NCBI GenBank assembly: GCA_964648855.1
Contig: CAZYLT010000001.1
Location: 180,001 to 212,000 of the forward strand
From: an uncultured archaeon
Lineage (GTDB): Archaea > Asgardarchaeota > Thorarchaeia > Thorarchaeales > Thorarchaeaceae
DNA: 32,000 nucleotides
Direction of reading: 5' to 3'
The position numbers and the translations under genes are program-made. This document shows, in pieces, positions 24,551 to 32,000 of this stretch (its first letter is position 1; each line of letters starts with the position of its first letter). A model generated the notes under the pieces. The model saw only the letters and a list, made by a program, of their open reading frames with translations, had not been told where the DNA came from and did no database searches.

Positions 24551-25135
24551 CTACGTAATCACGTGCATGACGACCCTCATAACGACCAATACATCGCGCT
24601 TGTCCAGTCTGTTAGACAGAATGGCTATGGTGTCCTCAGTCCATAACTCCGATGAGTATATTTCGAATCTGTCCCACCTGCGAGCACCAATTTTGGCGAC
24701 TGCCATCGAGTTCCCTCGGGGTGCATCTCCCCATAGATTGAGATGATTCTGATCGGCCATCATCTTAACATATAGACCGGATACTGTGCTATTATTTATA
24801 ATCGATTCACGGGTAATGATGTCTGACATACCATAACTAATCATACCTCCAGCATTAGCGTCGGCGAGATGTGAAACTTGGCTGGAGAACGATAAGGGGC
24901 TGGAGCGGTATCCAACGAAGTCCAAAGTCCTTCATCCTAAACGATAATTCTCTGCGGTATCGACGGCATACTGAGGTTCGTACCCTTGTATGTTTATCGG
25001 CAACATACTTCCAATATTGGTTGAAAATGCATATCCTGCCGTTCTAGAAATGCCAACTGTGATGATGATAGCCCAGCGTGAGGCATATATTTCATTACGT
25101 AAGAGATGCATTGAAGAGGTCCGGATGCCTGCCAC
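24551..25135 (-). pseudogene. Decayed gene remnant, possibly from an FtsX/MacB-like permease
   Basis: ORFs 24932-25135 and 24551-24925 are in the same frame and separated by a single TGA. Degraded TM-like segments flank a soluble part. The family call is weak. Confidence 0.4.
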
Positions 25136-25243
25136 TAGTTGACTAATCCGTTATCCTTATGCATGAACTCTTACAAGAGTAGGGGCCGCTGTTTGTCAGT
25201 CGCTTCCTAATGGTTTGCCAGACGCACGGGCAGCTCTAACACA

Positions 25244-27322
25244 TCACTTTTGAGATTTCTGATTTGTGTGGCTGCCATGTCCAAATTGTTTTCCTCTCTC
25301 AATAGAGGGAAACCAGACGCTGAACTCGGCACCCGATGTTGGTGACCCCTTAATACGATCATGCACATCAACATAGCCGCCATATTTCTCCGTGATTTGG
25401 GAAACTATATGGAGGCCTATTCCGCCAAACCGTCTGCCTGGGTCAAGAAGCTCTTCACGTCGGTCCGATTCAAAACCGGGACCATTATCAGCCACAGAGA
25501 GGATATACCCTTGGTCCTCCCCCCTGACATGGATGTAGACGTCTTTCGATTTGCTCTCATTATGTATGATAGCGTTCTCAAGCAGATTCATAATCAACTG
25601 CTTAAGGTACGAATCAGCGATGATGATTATGTCCTCATCTGGCATGTCAATCTGTACGTCAACATCCTTCCAAGTCCCCCGGAGGTCGTCTACGCATTCA
25701 TTGAGGACCTCTGTGAGTGATACCTCATCGAGTTCCTCGCGATTAATTCCCTTTATGTCGTGTGTTTTAGTAATGAGCCCTGTGCACCGCTCTAATGCCT
25801 CTTCCATCTGATTAAGGACTGGTGCCACCTGCCGTACGGCATCCTCATTCATCCTTAATATGTCCAGGCCAATACTAATACCCTGTAGAGCATTCCCAAG
25901 GTCGTGTGTCATGAGGTCTAAGTACAGCTCGGAACGATTCTTGGCCTGAATAAGGGGAGTCAGGTTTCGGAAAATCCAGATTCGTCCCAAGCCCTTCTCT
26001 TGTTTGATGAAAGGATAAGATGTGCCTTCCAAAACTCGACCATCTTTGAACCGATAGTAGTGGGTATCAACCAGTGATGACCCCATCAGATTTTCCACGC
26101 GCTCTACAAAGCCATTTGGATTCAAGAGCTGGTTTTTTAGATAGTTGAGACGTTTGCGCTGGTCTGCGATGTCTGCCACGTGTTCAGGCATCTGCCATAG
26201 CTCAAGGAACTGACGATTTCTATAGATAATTGCTCCGTCGCTGCCTACAACTAGAATCCCCTCTGCTGTAGATTCGAGAATGGCTTCCAGAAGCACGGAA
26301 TTCTCCAACAACTCATGGCGTGACCTGCTGAGTTCCTTGTGTGTTCGTAGCATCGCAATACCGTAGGAGAGGTCATTCGCTAACTCATTTAACACCTTGA
26401 CCTCGCGCTCCTTGAAGGCTTTGCTCTCCGTGGTATAGATACTGAGAATCCCAATAGTGGTTTCCTCCACATTTAGAGGTAATGCTATGACGGATGAAAA
26501 CCCGTGTTGTTTCAGAATCCGGCCCCACCAACCTTCGGGCCGGTTTCGAAGCTGATTGAAGACTACAGTTTCCCCAGTGGTTAGGGCACTGCTGAAGGGA
26601 CTGTCATCGCCATGTATCTTTGTGGCAGTAATGGTCCGCTCAATGAAGGTATTGTCTTCTCCATAGGCAGCCATTAGTTTTATGGATGGCTCAGATGCGT
26701 TTTCAACGTACCCAATCCAAGCAAGTGAGTAACGCCCAGTGTTCACCGCGACGCGGCAGATATCATCGAGAAGCTGGGTTTCCTCTTGTGCCTTTAGCAT
26801 GGTCTGGTTTCCTGAGCTGAGCAGGCGGAAAGCTCGGTCAGTCTGTTTGAGTTGTCGAATCGTGGCTCTTAGTCGCTCTTCGGTCTTTACGTGTTCTGTA
26901 ATATCTGTGAAGACCGTTACAAATTCTTCCGCTTTCGGACTGAAGGCGGCCACAGAATACCATCGATGTAAGGGTTTTGAATACTGCTCGAAGGTGACAC
27001 TCTCTCCGGTTAGAGCAACATTGGCGTATACACCAATCCAGTCAAACTCGTCCTTCTCGATGCCCGGAATGACTTTGGTCACTCGTTTTCCGATGACATC
27101 TTGTCGCTCAAGGCCCGTCATGTCCTCAAACGCATTATTCACTTCAACAAACACATAGTCAATTGGATTGCCTATCTGGTCAGTGATGACTCTATGATGA
27201 GCAACGGCATTGACCATGTTCTCAATCAGTAATGCATAATCATTTGAATGATCATCATGGTACCGAAGGGCTTTTCTCTTCCGCATACTGATAACTCCCA
27301 ATGAAATGCGTGGTTCGCACAA
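25244..27322 (-). CDS. PAS-GAF-PAS sensor histidine kinase, cytoplasmic (likely start ATG 27286)
   Basis: PAS (VNNAFEDMTGL...FTDITE), GAF (SVIALPL...GILSIY...FKEREVKVL), second PAS, H-box MTHDLGN, N-box NLLENA, DNGPG and GIGL. Confidence 0.94.
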   Translation of the reverse strand: MCEPRISLGVISMRKRKALRYHDDHSNDYALLIENMVNAVAHHRVITDQIGNPIDYVFVEVNNAFEDMTGLERQDVIGKRVTKVIPGIEKDEFDWIGVYANVALTGESVTFEQYSKPLHRWYSVAAFSPKAEEFVTVFTDITEHVKTEERLRATIRQLKQTDRAFRLLSSGNQTMLKAQEETQLLDDICRVAVNTGRYSLAWIGYVENASEPSIKLMAAYGEDNTFIERTITATKIHGDDSPFSSALTTGETVVFNQLRNRPEGWWGRILKQHGFSSVIALPLNVEETTIGILSIYTTESKAFKEREVKVLNELANDLSYGIAMLRTHKELSRSRHELLENSVLLEAILESTAEGILVVGSDGAIIYRNRQFLELWQMPEHVADIADQRKRLNYLKNQLLNPNGFVERVENLMGSSLVDTHYYRFKDGRVLEGTSYPFIKQEKGLGRIWIFRNLTPLIQAKNRSELYLDLMTHDLGNALQGISIGLDILRMNEDAVRQVAPVLNQMEEALERCTGLITKTHDIKGINREELDEVSLTEVLNECVDDLRGTWKDVDVQIDMPDEDIIIIADSYLKQLIMNLLENAIIHNESKSKDVYIHVRGEDQGYILSVADNGPGFESDRREELLDPGRRFGGIGLHIVSQITEKYGGYVDVHDRIKGSPTSGAEFSVWFPSIERGKQFGHGSHTNQKSQK

Positions 27323-27719
27323 AAGAGTGTGTCCACATTAGCCGCCCTAATCAGAGAACGGTAATTAATGGTCGCTCCTTGCCATGACCCATCTCATAAC
27401 GACTTAATGCATATAATGTGTTTTAAGTAATCACTGTGGGTATATTTCTCGTAATAATCGGCATTTCTGATCTGTGTACATGCCCTCATTAACATCGGAG
27501 GGTGTGTAGCAGAGAGGCAGGCACCGGATGAAAGGAAACTAGTGGCATTCCGTCAAATGAGTGTAGCAACCAAGAGAGAACCAGTCAGGTCTTGTAGCCA
27601 TCTGTATCCTGTGGACAACACATTCATACCAGACAAGACACATTTCGGCTCATTATAATAACTAGAATTTCAGTCTTCATAACTCCTGCTCATATTCTCG
27701 CTCATGCCACATCTCGTCT

Positions 27720-27893
27720 GGTAAGCATGCACGCGTCAGGGAAGTTTCAGAGTCATGGACATTCATCATATGCTGGAAATGCGGCAATAAGGGAAAAAAC
27801 CCTAAGTAGAACTATTTTGTCTGCTCCACATGTGGAGAAAGGTGCAACGCCGATAAGAACGGAGCCATCAACATCGCGCGGAGCTCACAGTGA
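27720..27893 (+). pseudogene. tnpB: 3' remnant of an IS200/IS605 TnpB (Zn ribbon plus RuvC-III)
   Basis: Manual translation GKHARVREVSESWTFIICWKCGNKGKNPK*NYFVCSTCGERCNADKNGAINIARSSQ* gives CxxC...CxxCG...NADxNGAxNI. There is an internal TAG at 27807 and the 5' part of the gene is missing. Confidence 0.85.
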
Positions 27894-28128
27894 ACAAGGG
27901 TGATTATAAACCCGCCGTGGGAAGAACTGTGGAAAGCCTCTCTGTGGCTGGGCGTGATGTTTCAGGACATACACAGGAGAAAGAAGCCAGGATTGTGGGA
28001 GTGATTCCATCCCGATGACCATAGACAAAGCCCCTGCTGACTCAGTGACCCTCAGGTACGCTGAGGGCAGTGACGCTGACAGGGGACGGGTGGAACACAG
28101 AAGTTTCAGGCACGTTGAGGTCACTCAA
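27894..28128 (+). ncRNA. Putative omegaRNA scaffold / IS605 right end
   Basis: Lies directly 3' of the tnpB remnant. Stems CCCCTG (28031-36)/CAGGGG (28080-85) and CCCTCAG (28049-55)/CTGAGGG (28061-67). Candidate end motifs TCAC (28121-24) and TCAA (28125-28). Boundaries are uncertain. Confidence 0.45.
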
Positions 28129-28187
28129 TCTGTCAGAATAGTTCGTATACCACAAGAATAAATCGGGGGAGTGTTCTCCTTAGAACC

Positions 28188-29237
28188 ATGCCAATGATTG
28201 ACCTTCGTAGTGATACATTCACTCTACCTACAGATGAGATGATTGAGGCTATCAGCAAGGCCCATAGAGAGGGCAGATTGGGGGATGATGTGGCAGGCGA
28301 AGACGAAGTTGTGAATGAACTACAAGCAAAGGCAGCAGATCTACTAGGAAAAGAAGAGGCACTACTCGTAACTTCAGGTACTCAGGGAAACCTTGTTTCG
28401 CTCTTTTCACAGACATTTCGTGGAGACGAAGTAGTTATGGAAGAGATGTCGCATACTTTCCTTTTCGAAGGAGGGGCCATGTCCTCCTTGGGCGGGCTAT
28501 TCCCAAAACCTGTAGAGGGAACTGAGGGCTATATAGAACCAGAAACACTGCAGGCATCAATCAACCCGGATGATGCTCATTATGCGAGGACTGCAGTTGT
28601 TGTTGTTGAAAATACCCATAATTATGCGGGTGGCAAAATAATCGAACCAAAACAAGTTGATTCACTGGCGAAGATTGCTCATGATAACGGCCTAAAGGTA
28701 CACTGTGACGGTGCCCGATTATTCAATGCAGCCGTTGCGCTTGATATACCTGCCAAACGACTTGTAAGAAACGCGGATAGTGTGCAGATTTGCCTCAGTA
28801 AAGGTTTGTCTGCGCCAGTTGGTTCGCTCATCGCAGGTTCGGAGGAATTCATACATAGGGCGCATCGATGGCGAAAGAAGATGGGCGGGGGCATGCGCCA
28901 AGCAGGTATAATAGCTGCTCCCGGGCTTGTCGCCTTGGAAAAAATGGTTGACCGGCTCAAAGAGGACCATGAAAACGCACAGCTACTATTCGAACTGATA
29001 TCCAGGTTCCCTCAGCTTTCTGCGGAAGAACCGGATACAAATATTATGTTCGTCAACCTGGATGATTTGGGAATTAACGCGGGAACATTCGCTGAAGAAC
29101 TGAGGAAAAGAAATGTTTTGGTTTATGGAGAGTATGGAACAAGGACTAGATTCGTGACCAATCGCATGATATCTCAGAATGACATTCAACAGGTTGCAGA
29201 CGCCATTGAGGAGATTGTTTTCAAGTATAGCGATTAG
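28188..29237 (+). CDS. ltaE: Low-specificity L-threonine aldolase (PLP-dependent)
   Basis: IDLRSDT, SGTQGN, ENTHN, HCDGARLFNA, CLSKGLSAPVGS and GGGMRQAG motifs. Confidence 0.94.
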   Translation: MPMIDLRSDTFTLPTDEMIEAISKAHREGRLGDDVAGEDEVVNELQAKAADLLGKEEALLVTSGTQGNLVSLFSQTFRGDEVVMEEMSHTFLFEGGAMSSLGGLFPKPVEGTEGYIEPETLQASINPDDAHYARTAVVVVENTHNYAGGKIIEPKQVDSLAKIAHDNGLKVHCDGARLFNAAVALDIPAKRLVRNADSVQICLSKGLSAPVGSLIAGSEEFIHRAHRWRKKMGGGMRQAGIIAAPGLVALEKMVDRLKEDHENAQLLFELISRFPQLSAEEPDTNIMFVNLDDLGINAGTFAEELRKRNVLVYGEYGTRTRFVTNRMISQNDIQQVADAIEEIVFKYSD

Positions 29238-29239
29238 AC

Positions 29240-29515
29240 CTATACATTCGATTTTGCATCATTGAGCATTTTCGTTATGTGGTCGGACCACTCAGGTTGA
29301 AGTTCTAGCGCTCTTTCTGCGCATTCAACACAGTCTTTGTAATGCCCCTGTTGAAAATGCAGTTTGCTTTTGTAAAACCAAGCATGAGCGTAGTCCTCAT
29401 TGATTTCCAATGCAGCAGCATAGTCGGCTAGTGCTTCGTCGTACTTCCCTTGTTGCTCCAGAGTTTTTGCTCGACGATAATAGTCGAAATGGGTTTTAGG
29501 ATGTTCATCCGCCAA
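29240..29515 (-). CDS. Small TPR protein (two repeats)
   Basis: GKYDEALADYAAALEINEDYAHAWFYK...GHYKDCVECAERALELQP; GGAGGT upstream of the TTG. Confidence 0.88.
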   Translation of the reverse strand: MADEHPKTHFDYYRRAKTLEQQGKYDEALADYAAALEINEDYAHAWFYKSKLHFQQGHYKDCVECAERALELQPEWSDHITKMLNDAKSNV

Positions 29516-29591
29516 TTAGATCTACCTCCCACTCATATACTGTACGACTATACAGATAAGTACTATGTGATTCGCCTAGATAGCGCATTGA

Positions 29592-30002
29592 CTATTCTTC
29601 GGGCTTTTCACAAAGTTCAATCAACACACCATGTGTAGATTTTGGATGAACAAACGCTACCTGCTTGCCCCGTGCTCCTTTCCTTGGCTCAGTATCTATT
29701 ACCTTCAAATTGGCCAAACGATGAGCCTCAAGAGTTTCTCCAATCGATTCTACATCAAGTGCTATGTGATGAATTCCTTCACCGTATTTGTCAATGAACT
29801 TCGCTACTGTTCCAGATTCGTCAAGAGGTTCGACGAGCTCAATTGCACTCTCGCCAATTCCAAGGAATGCAACTCTGACCTGCTGTGCTTCAACGGTTTC
29901 TTCTCCGCGAAACTCCAGCCCCAAAACATCTCTGTAATATGGCAAGACTTCTTCAATACTCTCTACAGCAATGGCAATGTGGTCAATCTTTGTTTGTTTC
30001 AT
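29592..30002 (-). CDS. mce: Methylmalonyl-CoA epimerase
   Basis: IDHIAIAV, IELVEP, GEGIHHIA and FVHPKSTHGVLIEL motifs; adjacent to the mutase gene. Confidence 0.95.
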   Translation of the reverse strand: MKQTKIDHIAIAVESIEEVLPYYRDVLGLEFRGEETVEAQQVRVAFLGIGESAIELVEPLDESGTVAKFIDKYGEGIHHIALDVESIGETLEAHRLANLKVIDTEPRKGARGKQVAFVHPKSTHGVLIELCEKPEE

Positions 30003-30015
30003 TTCTCATCATTCT

Positions 30016-31695
30016 CTACAATATATCTGGAGCAGTATACTCCCCGAAGGCATCCCTAAGAACCCCACAAATCTCTCCAAGAGTGGCATAGGCACGAACT
30101 GCCTCTAAAATATGTGGAAATAGATTGGCATCCGTTTTGGCCGCCTCTAATAAACGGTCCAGTTTCTCACGAACTAGTTTTTTGTTTCTATTCTCTTTCA
30201 TCTCCGTAAGACGCTTTAGCTGGTGAGTTTCTATATCTGTGTCGACCCGAAGATAGTCGAAGTCTTGCTCTTCTTCCACCGTAAACTGATTCACTCCCAC
30301 AATAATCCTATCGTCAGTATCTACGGCTTTTTGGAATTCATACGCGCTCTTGTGAATCTCTTTCTGGATGTAGCCATTTTGCGTTGCTTGGGCAGCTCCG
30401 CCCATAGCATCAATTTCCTCCACATACTTCTGAGCCGCTTCTTCAATCTCGTTGGTAAGATGTTCGATGTAATAGGAACCTGCAAGCGGATCAATTGTAC
30501 TGTCCACACCTGTTTCATAGGCAATTATTTGCTGTGTCCGTAAAGCAATCTGAACCGACTGCTCTGTAGGTAACGAGAGTGCCTCATCTCGGGAGTTGGT
30601 GTGCAACGACTGAGTGCCTCCGAGTACTGCCTGAAGTGCTTGAAGAGTTACTCGAATGACATTGTTGTCCGGTTGCTGTGCAGTAAGGGTGCACCCTGCA
30701 GTCTGAGTGTGAAATCTCATTCTGCAAGACCTGTCCTTTTTGGCACCAAATCGCTCTTTCATGATACGCGCCCAAAGTCGTCTTGCTGCTCTGAATTTGG
30801 CTATTTCCTCAAAGAAATCACTGTGTGAACCGTAGAAAAATGATAACCGGGAAGCAAAGTCATCAACGTCGAGACCAGAATCGATTGCAGCCTGGACATA
30901 TGCTATACCATTGGCAATAGTGAATGCCATTTCCTGAACAGCAGTGCATCCCGCCTCTCGCATATGGTAACCTGAGATTGAAATCGTGTTCCACCGAGGA
31001 ACATTTTCAGCACAGTACTTGAATACGTCTGTAATCAAACGCATGGATGGTTCGGGTGGAAAGATATAGGTCCCGCGAGCTGTGTATTCCTTCAGAATAT
31101 CATTTTGAATTGTTCCAGTAAGCTTTTCGGGGGGTATCCCTTGCTTCTCCGCGACTGCTATGTACATCGCAAGAAGAACGATAGCGGGGGCATTGATTGT
31201 CATGGAAGTACTGACTTTGTCTAGGGGAATAGAATCGAAGAGAATCTCCATATCAGCAAGAGAATCGATGGCGACTCCAACCTTTCCCACCTCACCCAGA
31301 GAGAGCTCGTGGTCTGAATCATATCCAATTTGAGTGGGCAGGTCAAATGCAACTGATAGACCAGTCTGTCCCTGTTCGAGAAGAAACTTGAAACGCTTGT
31401 TTGTTTCAGTGGCTGTGGCAAATCCGCTGTACTGTCGCATGGTCCAAAGACGACCACGGTACATAGTCGGTTGCACGCCTCTAGTGAATGGGAACGCTCC
31501 TGGAAACCCTAAGTCCTCTTTGTAATTCAACTCGGTAATATCCAGTGGAGTGTATAGGCGGTCAATTTCTTTTCCAGAGAGATTTCTAAATGCTTCTTTG
31601 CGCTCAGGATATTTGCTTATTGTTTTCTCAAGCGTATTTTTCTCCCAGTCGCCCTTAATCGATCGTATTTCTTCTAGGTCACCCATCAATCCCAC
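30016..31695 (-). CDS. Methylmalonyl-CoA mutase, catalytic subunit (split type, no B12-binding domain)
   Basis: WTMRQYSGF (Tyr), [24 protein letters not shown] (Arg), [10 protein letters not shown] and GGTQSLHTN. The Tyr/Arg pair indicates MCM rather than isobutyryl-CoA mutase. Confidence 0.96.
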   Translation of the reverse strand: MGLMGDLEEIRSIKGDWEKNTLEKTISKYPERKEAFRNLSGKEIDRLYTPLDITELNYKEDLGFPGAFPFTRGVQPTMYRGRLWTMRQYSGFATATETNKRFKFLLEQGQTGLSVAFDLPTQIGYDSDHELSLGEVGKVGVAIDSLADMEILFDSIPLDKVSTSMTINAPAIVLLAMYIAVAEKQGIPPEKLTGTIQNDILKEYTARGTYIFPPEPSMRLITDVFKYCAENVPRWNTISISGYHMREAGCTAVQEMAFTIANGIAYVQAAIDSGLDVDDFASRLSFFYGSHSDFFEEIAKFRAARRLWARIMKERFGAKKDRSCRMRFHTQTAGCTLTAQQPDNNVIRVTLQALQAVLGGTQSLHTNSRDEALSLPTEQSVQIALRTQQIIAYETGVDSTIDPLAGSYYIEHLTNEIEEAAQKYVEEIDAMGGAAQATQNGYIQKEIHKSAYEFQKAVDTDDRIIVGVNQFTVEEEQDFDYLRVDTDIETHQLKRLTEMKENRNKKLVREKLDRLLEAAKTDANLFPHILEAVRAYATLGEICGVLRDAFGEYTAPDIL

Positions 31696-32000
31696 TACTC
31701 CCTATGCTTCACAAGGAATTTGGTAATCAGTCGTTCAGCCACTGTATATGGGTCTTCTGACCGCGATGCAATCTTTTTGATTGCATTTTCGTATTCTGGA
31801 CTACCACGGAGCTTGGTAAGCAGCTCCAATGTCAGCTTGTACTCCATCAGCTGCTCCAGTTCTTCTTGACTTCGCTTTAGTCCTTTGTCTGCCATTCTTC
31901 CGCTGGTCTTGAGATACTCAATGTGTTCTTCAATCTTATCAACAAGTTTAGGTACCCCCTCACCAGTCCTAGCATTTGTCAGAACTACAGGAGGACGCCA
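31695..32000 (-). CDS. meaB: MeaB/ArgK GTPase chaperone, C-terminal part (runs off the right edge)
   Basis: Frame open from 32000: [30 protein letters not shown]...DPYTVAERL. Its TAG overlaps the mutase GTG by 1 nt. Confidence 0.85.
   Translation of the reverse strand, partial: WRPPVVLTNARTGEGVPKLVDKIEEHIEYLKTSGRMADKGLKRSQEELEQLMEYKLTLELLTKLRGSPEYENAIKKIASRSEDPYTVAERLITKFLVKHRE

Noticed and set aside
24932-24934. In-frame TGA as selenocysteine
   Set aside because: No redox motif or selenoprotein family context; further stops nearby favour decay.
27824-27837. Perfect 14-bp palindrome CTCCACATGTGGAG
   Set aside because: It lies within the TnpB CSTCGE codons and is probably incidental.
27323-28187. 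CRISPR array, tRNA or Cas12f locus in the long spacer
   Set aside because: No spaced direct repeats or cloverleaf were seen; the TnpB remnant explains the distal half.
30016-31695. Isobutyryl-CoA or 2-hydroxyisobutyryl-CoA mutase
   Set aside because: The specificity residues are Tyr (RQYSG) and Arg (ARGTY), and an epimerase gene is adjacent.
31695-31895. Stand-alone 66-aa ORF
   Set aside because: It is the C-terminus of MeaB; the frame stays open to the window edge.

Overview
Archaeal chromosomal window of moderate GC (about 45%, by eye). The longin domains, Arf-like GTPase and Ig-repeat surface protein point to an Asgard archaeon; Thorarchaeota is a guess. There are three blocks. (1) Acyl-CoA/biotin/B12 metabolism: acyl-CoA dehydrogenase, DUF35, a thiolase lacking its catalytic Cys, biotin carrier, 5S/OadA-type and 12S/PccB-type carboxyltransferases, BirA, methylmalonyl-CoA epimerase, mutase and MeaB. 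No biotin carboxylase is in the window, so this may be a transcarboxylase-like system, and the 5S gene carries a fused epsilon/PccX-like tail. (2) A 12-kb minus-strand block of eukaryote-like genes (1215-13300) between the thiolase and DUF35 genes: an NPRL2/uDENN-like longin-winged-helix protein, a 2338-aa single-pass Ig-repeat receptor/adhesin with an acidic tail, a longin-Arf GTPase fusion and four coiled-coil or helical proteins. This is a candidate surface-to-GTPase signalling or membrane-remodelling module. (3) An accessory patch (about 24.4-28.2 kb): a decayed gene, an orphan PAS-GAF-PAS histidine kinase and a TnpB remnant followed by a structured, omegaRNA-like region. Other genes: msrA, SAM methyltransferase, RNase HIII, Ntn-hydrolase, MFS transporter, ltaE and a TPR protein. 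No rRNA, tRNA or CRISPR array was seen. All family calls come from reading motifs by eye; no searches were run.
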